DNA of 64,000 bases, taken from contig JAFDMF010000001.1 in assembly GCA_019306065.1 (NCBI GenBank), forward strand, positions 85,244 to 149,243, read 5' to 3'. Shown one piece after another: positions 36,904-43,721 of this stretch. A program made the position numbers and the translations under genes. The stretch comes from Deltaproteobacteria bacterium (GTDB taxonomy: Bacteria > Desulfobacterota > Desulfobacteria > Desulfobacterales > JAFDMD01). Under the pieces are notes generated by a model. That model did not search any database and had not been told where the DNA came from. It was given only the letters and a program-made list of their open reading frames with translations. Positions within the stretch are counted from its first letter, which is position 1. Each line of letters opens with the position of its first letter.

Positions 36904-37395
36904 TTACTTTTTTTTATATTTAATCCCCAAATTATCCAGCTCCGATAAAACCATATTCATTACCGGCTCGATTGCTTCTTTAATTTCCGGCGTAAGCTCA
37001 AGAGAATGAGTTTCAATATCTTTCGGCTCTGTTCCGATTATAACCGTATAAGGAACCTCTCCGATTGCGGCGCCTTTTGTAAGAGATTCTATAAAATCCA
37101 ATTGATGAAGCGAATTTTTTGCTTTTATTCTGGTCGGAATTTCATCGTTATCTATTCTGTAAAGAGTTCCGGGAGCGCCTCCGCTTCTTATAACGTCAAC
37201 CGCTATAAGACGATCCGATTCCAATATTACGTTTAAAAGATTAAGCCCCAAAACCCCGCCGTCCATTACCCGAACATTTGCGGGAAAATCATAGCGCTTT
37301 TCCAATCCTCTTATCAAATGAACCCCAAACCCTTCGTCCGTAAGAAGAATATTTCCAACCCCGAGTATTGTAATAATTTCCGTTTTTTTTTCCAT
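36904..37395 (-). CDS. [NiFe]-hydrogenase maturation endopeptidase (HyaD/HybD family)
   Basis: ILGVGNILLTDEGFGVH, DGGVLGLNLL and SLHQLDF motifs. Confidence 0.88.
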   Translation of the reverse strand: MEKKTEIITILGVGNILLTDEGFGVHLIRGLEKRYDFPANVRVMDGGVLGLNLLNVILESDRLIAVDVIRSGGAPGTLYRIDNDEIPTRIKAKNSLHQLDFIESLTKGAAIGEVPYTVIIGTEPKDIETHSLELTPEIKEAIEPVMNMVLSELDNLGIKYKKK

Positions 37396-37422
37396 TAACT
37401 CCGTTAAATCCTTTTCCGTTTT

Positions 37423-37635
37423 TTATATTCGGCAGTTGTCAAGTAATCCTTGACAACTGAATTTTCGTCCGCCTCTTTTTTTTAAAATATTTACCATATG
37501 TAAATCAATATTTTGTTTACATATGGCAAAAAGCGTTGCAAGCTGATTTTGGTTAAGCCAAATATTTCCATTTTGCCGGTTGATTTTTTGATTGTTTTTA
37601 ACGCCGTTTTTATAAGTTTTAAAAAATATTGGCAA
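37423..37635 (-). pseudogene. N-terminal fragment of a RhuM-family gene (frameshifted, truncated)
   Basis: GNIWLNQNQLATLFAICKQNIDLHMVNILKK in one frame and ENSVVKDYLTTA in a shifted frame (around 37430-37465). Both are RhuM N-terminal hallmarks, and the rest of the gene is absent. Confidence 0.5.
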
Positions 37636-37655
37636 GCGGTTTTAATAAAGAATCT

Positions 37656-37730
37656 GAGGAAGAGGAAGAGAGATACAAAGGAAGAAAGGAAGATAGGAGG
37701 ATAGGAAGAAAGAAGAGAGGAGCAAAGGGG
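37656..37730 (+). other. 75-nt polypurine tract (70 of 75 purines on + strand) with eight GGA motifs
   Basis: gaGGAagaGGAagagagatacaaaGGAagaaaGGAagataGGAGGAtaGGAagaaagaagagaGGAgcaaagggg, counted by hand. Confidence 0.95.
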
Positions 37731-37754
37731 CGGATGGATTGGCGAAAAAATAAT

Positions 37755-37887
37755 CGGAGATTGAGAAAAGAATTCGGAGATTAACAATATATTCCGGAGA
37801 TTAACAATATATTCCGGAGATTGACAATATACTCCGGAGATTGACAATATACTCCGGAGATTGACAATATACTCCGGAGATTGACAG
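37755..37887 (+). repeat. Tandem array of seven 20-bp direct repeats (CGGAGATTrACAATATAyTC), no spacers
   Basis: Units start at 37755, 37775, 37795, 37815, 37835, 37855 and 37875. Units 2-3 are identical (TTAACA variant) and units 4-6 identical (TTGACA variant). Units 1 and 7 are partial. Confidence 0.95.
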
Positions 37888-37953
37888 AAAACGGCAGAAT
37901 TTGATAAAAACAGTAATAAATTTTTAATTTCGGCGGCAAAAGGAGAAAAAATT

Positions 37954-38922
37954 ATGTTCGAAGGTATAATTGCGGCTATTATCGGGCTGTTTAAAAAAAA
38001 GGAAACAGGCGGAGAACATAAAAGCTTTGATATTCAGGCTAAAGGAAATATAAATGCCGAGTCCGGCGCAATTGTAGCAAATACCGGAATTATTAATAAA
38101 ACCGAAATTATTAATAATTATATTATAGAATTGAGCGATTACAATAAAATACTTGCAGATATAAAAGAGCTTGAAAAAGATATTGCGGAGCCCGGTTTAA
38201 CTTCGGAAAGAAGAAACGAAAAAGTAAAAGAGCTTGAAAAATTAAGAGAAGAAAAAAAACGGTTTAAAGAACATGTTTTTAACTTACACGAAACATTTAC
38301 CAAAATAAAAATTAATACCCAACGCCTTAAAAAAGTAAAAGAGCCTTTTGAAAATGGCAGATTTAGCAAAGCGGACGCAATATTAAAAGCGGAAGAATTA
38401 TTAAAAGAGCAAAAAGGTCTTTTAGATGCAAAGAAGCAAAAATTAAAAAAGATTGCAGAACTGGACGAAAATTTAAAAAATAATGCAAACGAGTATTTAA
38501 TTAAGGCGCAACTTACCGCTTTAAGATTCGATCTGCCGGATCGTTTTGAAAAAGCCTCTTATTATTTCCGGCAGTCTGTCAACTCTTTTAAAACTGCGGA
38601 AAATCTTTTTGATTATGCTTATTTTCTCCAAAAGCACAATCAATTTAACAAAGCCCTTCCTTTATATGAAGAGGCTTTGCAGATATATCGAAAATTGGCA
38701 GAATCAAACCCGCAGGTTTATTTACCTGATATTGCAAGGACGCTTAACAATATGAGTATGTTTTATATTGAATCCAAGCCGAACAGGGATAAATCCATAA
38801 CTTGCGCGCAAGAGGCTTTGGACATACTTTTATCTTTTCCGAATAAAACTCATGCCGTGCAACAATATATCGAAAAGGCAAAAGAATTATTGCGTTTAAA
38901 TAAAGCGGAAATAAAGGAATAA
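37954..38922 (+). CDS. Coiled-coil / tetratricopeptide-repeat protein, function unknown
   Basis: SD AAAGGAG. Central Lys/Glu coiled coil. C-terminal TPR-like repeats (ALPLYEEALQIYRKLAESNPQVYLPDIARTLNNMSMFY). Confidence 0.65.
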   Translation: MFEGIIAAIIGLFKKKETGGEHKSFDIQAKGNINAESGAIVANTGIINKTEIINNYIIELSDYNKILADIKELEKDIAEPGLTSERRNEKVKELEKLREEKKRFKEHVFNLHETFTKIKINTQRLKKVKEPFENGRFSKADAILKAEELLKEQKGLLDAKKQKLKKIAELDENLKNNANEYLIKAQLTALRFDLPDRFEKASYYFRQSVNSFKTAENLFDYAYFLQKHNQFNKALPLYEEALQIYRKLAESNPQVYLPDIARTLNNMSMFYIESKPNRDKSITCAQEALDILLSFPNKTHAVQQYIEKAKELLRLNKAEIKE

Positions 38923-39010
38923 ACAAAATTTCTTGATATTAGCCTCCGATAGATATAGATATATCGGAACAATTTATTAAATAACAAAAAAATTAAAAAA
39001 GGAGAATATT

Positions 39011-39535
39011 ATGAAATTAAATAAAACGGTTTTAAGTAGTTTCTTTTTTATTTGTTTTTTCACTTTAATTTTTGCGGGCTGCGGCGGCGGATACGAGGAT
39101 GTTTTTAAAAAATTTTCTCCGGTCAAGGCAAAGGCGTCTTATAAACCTACGGAAGAGTTTAACGACATTATGGTTCCGAAAGATTTGAAGGTGAATGAAA
39201 AATTTTCTTATATGGTGGAAACTCCGGGTTTCTTAGGCGGCATTTTAGTATATGAAGGCAAAGTTACAAGAAATTCTTTGATGGAATTTTTTAAGACAAG
39301 CATGGTAAACGATAATTGGACTATGCTTACAAGCCTTAAATCTCCGGTAGGAAATTCCATAATGCTTTTTAAAAAAGTTAATAGATGGTGCGTAATTAAT
39401 ATTTCCGAAGATAGATTTAAAACCCGAGCGGAAATAGCGGTAGCTCCTACAAATAGCGGAAGCGGCGCCGTAAAAAACGGCGGGATTATTATAGAAAGCG
39501 GAAGCGGCGAAATAACGGAAGAGCCTTTGCAATGA
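39011..39535 (+). CDS. Putative lipoprotein, unknown function
   Basis: Signal peptide with a lipobox-like LIFAGC. Its stop overlaps the coaBC start (ATGA). Confidence 0.65.
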   Translation: MKLNKTVLSSFFFICFFTLIFAGCGGGYEDVFKKFSPVKAKASYKPTEEFNDIMVPKDLKVNEKFSYMVETPGFLGGILVYEGKVTRNSLMEFFKTSMVNDNWTMLTSLKSPVGNSIMLFKKVNRWCVINISEDRFKTRAEIAVAPTNSGSGAVKNGGIIIESGSGEITEEPLQ

Positions 39536-40737
39536 AGATTTTAAAAAATAAAAATATTGTATTGGGAGTTTCCGGCGGTATTGCCGCATATAAAGCGCCG
39601 GAGCTGCTTAGAATTTTGCAAAAAGCCGGCGCAACCGTGCGGGTTGTTATGACCAAAAACGCTTGCGATTTTATATCGCCTCTTACCTTTGAAGCGCTTT
39701 GCGGCGATGCGGTTTTGACCGATTTGTTTGACGGCTCCTATAAAAGCGCAATCGGGCATATTGATTTGGCAAAAGAATGCGATGCGGCGGTAATAGCGCC
39801 GGCTACCGCAAATATTATAGCAAAACTTGCAAACGGCATTGCGGACGACGCTTTAACAACCTTTATGCTTGCGGTAAAAGGACGCAAAATTGTATGCCCT
39901 TCAATGAACGACGCAATGTATGACAATGCAGCGGTTAAGCGCAATATCATTAGGCTTGAAGCGGACGATTATATTATAGCGGAGCCTTCGGAAGGGTATC
40001 TTGCTTGTAAAACGGAAGGCAAAGGCAGACTCGCGGATTGCGATAAGATTGCGGATAAGATTTGCGAAGCTTTAACTACAAAAGATTTAATGTGGAAAAA
40101 GATTTTGGTAACAGCTGGTCCTACAAGGGAGTTTATCGATCCCGTAAGGTTTATAAGCAATCCGTCTTCCGGCAAAATGGGATACGCAATAGCAGACGCC
40201 GCAAGAAAAAGGGGCGGAAATGTTATTCTTATTTCGGGACCCACATTAATTGAGCCGCCGGAAGGGATAAAATTTATAAAAATAGTATCTGCAAAACAGA
40301 TGGCGGATAATGTTTTTATGAATGCACAGGATGCGGATATTATTATTAAAGCCGCCGCAGTATCCGATTACAGAGCGGAAGAAACTTTTGAGCATAAGGT
40401 AAAAAAGGCGAAAGCGGATAGGATAACTTTAAATTTTTGCAAAAATACGGATATTTTAAAAAAGCTCGGCTTAAATAAAAAAAAAGGGCAGATTGTAGTA
40501 GGATTTGCCGCTGAAACGAAAGATTTGGAACAAAACGCCTTTAAAAAGCTTGAAGAAAAAAATTTGGATATTATCGCAGGCAATATTGTAGGAAAGCCGG
40601 ATTCCGGTTTTGAAGCGGATACGAATAAAGCGGTTTTATTTTTTAAGAGCGGCAAAAAAGAGGTTTTACCGCTTATGAGCAAGGATGAGTTGGCGGATAT
40701 TATTTTGGATCGTATTTTAAAAAGCCCCGTTGCATAA
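39532..40737 (+). CDS. coaBC: Bifunctional phosphopantothenoylcysteine decarboxylase / phosphopantothenate-cysteine ligase
   Basis: LGVSGGIAAYKAPELLR flavoprotein N-terminus, PATANIIAKLANGIADD, and CoaB half ISNPSSGKMG. Confidence 0.93.
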   Translation: MKILKNKNIVLGVSGGIAAYKAPELLRILQKAGATVRVVMTKNACDFISPLTFEALCGDAVLTDLFDGSYKSAIGHIDLAKECDAAVIAPATANIIAKLANGIADDALTTFMLAVKGRKIVCPSMNDAMYDNAAVKRNIIRLEADDYIIAEPSEGYLACKTEGKGRLADCDKIADKICEALTTKDLMWKKILVTAGPTREFIDPVRFISNPSSGKMGYAIADAARKRGGNVILISGPTLIEPPEGIKFIKIVSAKQMADNVFMNAQDADIIIKAAAVSDYRAEETFEHKVKKAKADRITLNFCKNTDILKKLGLNKKKGQIVVGFAAETKDLEQNAFKKLEEKNLDIIAGNIVGKPDSGFEADTNKAVLFFKSGKKEVLPLMSKDELADIILDRILKSPVA

Positions 40738-40781
40738 CTTCATAGTTTGCCGGTAAAATTTTTATCCGCCTTGAGCTCAAG
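40732..40781 (+). repeat. Repeat family R1 copy overlapping the coaBC stop codon
   Basis: gcaTAActtcatagtttgccggtaaaatttttatccgccttgagctcaag. The TAA at 40735-40737 is the coaBC stop. Confidence 0.8.
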
Positions 40782-40797
40782 CAAAATCTAACATTTT

Positions 40798-41613
40798 TTA
40801 TTTTACTCTTTGAGCCTCTTTATTAATTATTTTTTGAATAACCTCTTTATCAATTTTATGTTTATACTCTTTGCCGTTTATGAATATCGTAGGAGTGCCT
40901 GGTATATCAAGCTTCATTGCTTCCATAATCTGAAGCTGAAGAGCGGTTTCCGTAATAGCGGATTTGAGACAGTTTTGAAATTTATCGGCGTCAAGATTTG
41001 CCTTGATTGCCAGCCGCTTTATACCGTTTAAATCTATTGGCAGATTCTTTATATTAAAGGCAAGCTTATGATAGGTTGCAAATTTGTTCTGCTCGGATGC
41101 GCATATCGCGCCTTTGGCAAGAAGGCATGCCCCTTGATACTTTTTTCTTCTAACAAAAGCGTTGCATTCATTGTCTAGAGGATAGTTTGCATATATTAAG
41201 CGGACTTTATCGGGATTATTCGCGGCGGCTTTGTCTAATATGTCCGAGACTGTTTTACAATAAGGACATAAAAAATCAAAAAATTCTATAATGACAACCG
41301 GAGCGTTTTTGTTTCCTACGGCAGTATAACCCTGCATATCTATATCGAAAACTTTTTCGTTTGAAAAGGATTCCCATATTTTTTTAAATTCCGTATCTTT
41401 GTTTTTTTCTTCCTGATAGCCGTTTGCCTCTATTTTTTTTCCCCCCTTATAATCTTCGGTTCCGAAAGAGGCGCATGCGCAAATTAAGACTATGGATAAA
41501 GAGGTTAGAATGTATTTTAAAAAAACCGGATTTTTTTTATAAAAAAAGTTTTTTGATTTTTTGGCGGTTGATTTACATAATATAAATATTGTATTGATGA
41601 TTGTTCGGTTCAT
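40798..41613 (-). CDS. DsbA-family thiol:disulfide oxidoreductase, membrane-anchored
   Basis: FFDFLCPYC active-site CxxC and an N-terminal TM segment. Confidence 0.8.
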   Translation of the reverse strand: MNRTIINTIFILCKSTAKKSKNFFYKKNPVFLKYILTSLSIVLICACASFGTEDYKGGKKIEANGYQEEKNKDTEFKKIWESFSNEKVFDIDMQGYTAVGNKNAPVVIIEFFDFLCPYCKTVSDILDKAAANNPDKVRLIYANYPLDNECNAFVRRKKYQGACLLAKGAICASEQNKFATYHKLAFNIKNLPIDLNGIKRLAIKANLDADKFQNCLKSAITETALQLQIMEAMKLDIPGTPTIFINGKEYKHKIDKEVIQKIINKEAQRVK

Positions 41614-41633
41614 TTTGCTCTCTTGATTTTAAT

Positions 41634-42173
41634 TTATTTTATTAGTTTTACTATATCCGAAAAATTTTTATGTTCTGCGGTTTTTAAAAGTTCAAATAGG
41701 ACTGTTTCAACCGTAGTTAAGGAGCCTCCGGCAGACTCGATTTTTTTTAGCCCTATTCTTTTATTCTCCGCTTCTCTTGAAGATACGGCGTCCGCTATTG
41801 TATGAACGTTATATGCGCGTTTTAAGAGGTCTATAGCCGTTTGATAAACGCAGATATGGGTTTCGATTCCTACAAGTAAAAGATTGTCGCATTCTATATT
41901 TGAAAGGGTATTTAAAAATTTTTCGTTGTCGCAGCAGCTAAAACTTGATTTTTCTATAGGGTCCATCCCGTTAAGAAGTTCGACAAGTTCCGGTATGGTA
42001 GGACCTATTTTTTTTGGCAGCTGTTCCATCCATATTATAGGAAGCTTCAATATTTGCGCGGATTTGATAATTATTTGTAAATTTTGAAAGAGCTTTTCTT
42101 TATTATACATTGACTGCGCCAGTTTTCCTTGAATGTCTATAACGAGTAAAGCGGTATTTTTTATTTTTAACAT
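41634..42173 (-). CDS. Isochorismatase-family hydrolase
   Basis: ALLVIDIQ, GIETHICV and a catalytic-Cys context. Confidence 0.8.
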   Translation of the reverse strand: MLKIKNTALLVIDIQGKLAQSMYNKEKLFQNLQIIIKSAQILKLPIIWMEQLPKKIGPTIPELVELLNGMDPIEKSSFSCCDNEKFLNTLSNIECDNLLLVGIETHICVYQTAIDLLKRAYNVHTIADAVSSREAENKRIGLKKIESAGGSLTTVETVLFELLKTAEHKNFSDIVKLIK

Positions 42174-42212
42174 TATTATTTCCTTATATTCGGATATTTT
42201 TTTTTCTATTTT

Positions 42213-43181
42213 TCAGATATTATTTATAAAATCAAGTATTTTATTTTTTATATCTTCTCGAAGCTTTTTTACAAACTCAATTGATCTGCCTGCCGGATCC
42301 GGAAAATTCCATTCGATTATATCTGCTCCCGAAACATAAGGACATTTATCTTCGCAGCCCATAGTAACAACAATATCAGGGTTTATATTAAGTAAAGCCT
42401 CTTTAATGCTTTTCGGTTTTATGCCTGCTATATCTATTTTATCCTCCGCCATTGTTTGAATTGTAACATCATGAAGCTTTTCCGCAGGAGAGCTTCCCGC
42501 GCTTAAGGCTTCTATTTTATCGCTTGCAAAATATTGGGCATAAGCCGCGGCAATTTGACTTCTGCCGGCGTTTTGCGCGCATATAAAAAGAACTTTTTTT
42601 CTTGTTTTAAATGGGGTTAAAAGGTTGAAAGCCGCTTTTTTTATATCCTGTTCCAAGCCGTTTATGTTTTTTATCTCCTGCGGTTTTTCTATTTTAGAAT
42701 AGCAAAGGTCGCCGGCAGGTTTTGCGCTTACGGCGTCAAAAAAATATTTTGAAGTAAGCTTTACGCCGTCAAACAGGTTTTTGCCTTTTGTTGCTCCTAA
42801 TGATAGTAAAAAGCCCGCTTTGGATTTTTCTTTGGGATCTTTTAGCTTGAGAAAATATTTTTTTGCCCATAAAGCCTGACTTCTATCTATTAAAGCTTTA
42901 AACTGAGCCGGAAATCCGTAAAAAAATATAGGCGCGGCGGCTACTATTATATCCGCTTCTTTAAGCAAGGGATATATTTGGGCGCTCATATCGTCTTCTA
43001 TGATACATTCTCCTTTTTCTTCGCAATATCCGCATTCTATACAAGGAGATATTATTTTTTCCGCCGCTCGGACGGTTTTTGTAGCGATTTTGTATTTTTC
43101 AATTTCATTTAAAAAAGCGGAAAGTAAATATTCGGTATTTCCGCCTTTTCTGGGGCTTCCGTTTAATCCTAATATCAGCAT
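42213..43181 (-). CDS. Fusion protein: iron-sulfur flavoprotein (NADPH-dependent FMN reductase fold) + LMW-PTPase-type arsenate reductase ArsC
   Basis: N-terminal half: LGLNGSPRKGGNTEYLL plus CIECGYCEEKGEC (Isf-type cluster motif) plus AAPIFFYGFPAQFKALIDR. C-terminal half: VLFICAQNAGRSQ (CX5R P-loop) and MGCEDKCP. Confidence 0.8.
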   Translation of the reverse strand: MLILGLNGSPRKGGNTEYLLSAFLNEIEKYKIATKTVRAAEKIISPCIECGYCEEKGECIIEDDMSAQIYPLLKEADIIVAAAPIFFYGFPAQFKALIDRSQALWAKKYFLKLKDPKEKSKAGFLLSLGATKGKNLFDGVKLTSKYFFDAVSAKPAGDLCYSKIEKPQEIKNINGLEQDIKKAAFNLLTPFKTRKKVLFICAQNAGRSQIAAAYAQYFASDKIEALSAGSSPAEKLHDVTIQTMAEDKIDIAGIKPKSIKEALLNINPDIVVTMGCEDKCPYVSGADIIEWNFPDPAGRSIEFVKKLREDIKNKILDFINNI

Positions 43182-43209
43182 GTTGTTTTCTCTGTTTAAA
43201 TTTTGCTGT

Positions 43210-43256
43210 CTAACTTTGTATTTTGTCCGTTTTTTGCGTCGAAATTTTTTTTAATC
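43210..43256 (+). repeat. Repeat family R1 copy
   Basis: ctaactttgtattttgtccgttttttgcgtcgaaattttttttaatc aligns with 20614-20660 and 34057-34100. Confidence 0.7.
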
Positions 43257-43721
43257 ATTTTACTCTCTCAACTTGTTACTATTTTTTTCAAATAGCATTT
43301 TCAATAAGTTGGTCAATTTTGCTTCTTTGGTTTTTTTTGATTTCAAAGGCGTAAAGAACAAGACATGTCAGCTCTTTGCCTTCTCATTTAAATTTATTTA
43401 TTTTCCAGCCTTTTATTTTTTCGGAATACTTTACTTTTTTATTTTTAAAATCATAAGTTTCAACAACTCTGATTTTTTGTTTATTAAGATATTTTTCAAT
43501 TAGCCTTGTATCCATTTTTTTTTGTTTTTTTGAAAATGTGGTTTTTGAGCAATTTATAAATTTTTTTTGGGTTTGATTTATAATTAAAATATGACAAAAA
43601 AGGATTTTTAATCAAGGATTAATTATGATAAAAATTTTTTTGTTATGCAATGGGATTTAACCGAATATAAATATAAACGATTTTAGACGTAACAATGGAT
43701 GATTATAAAATGGAGTTTTTT

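Noticed and set aside
37656-37730. Purine tract as a coding region for a Glu/Lys/Arg/Gly-rich peptide (part of ORF 37513..37704)
   Set aside because: There is no SD or plausible start, the ORF begins inside the RhuM relic on the opposite strand, and the composition-driven frame has no homolog-like features.
37491-37847. 118-aa minus-strand ORF running through the tandem repeats and the polypyrimidine complement of the purine tract
   Set aside because: The sequence is an artefact of repeat and homopyrimidine composition (SSLLSSYPPIFLSSF..). It has no SD or family signature and overlaps the RhuM relic in another frame.
37755-37887. Possible CRISPR array
   Set aside because: The 20-bp units abut directly with no spacers, the unit is shorter than typical CRISPR repeats, and there are no cas genes in the window. 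It is a plain tandem (iteron-like) repeat.
43516-43721. Purine riboswitch in the adenine deaminase leader
   Set aside because: I could not find the conserved junction or loop sequences of the purine aptamer. The leader is mostly A/T homopolymer runs plus the TTGTTATGCAA motif.
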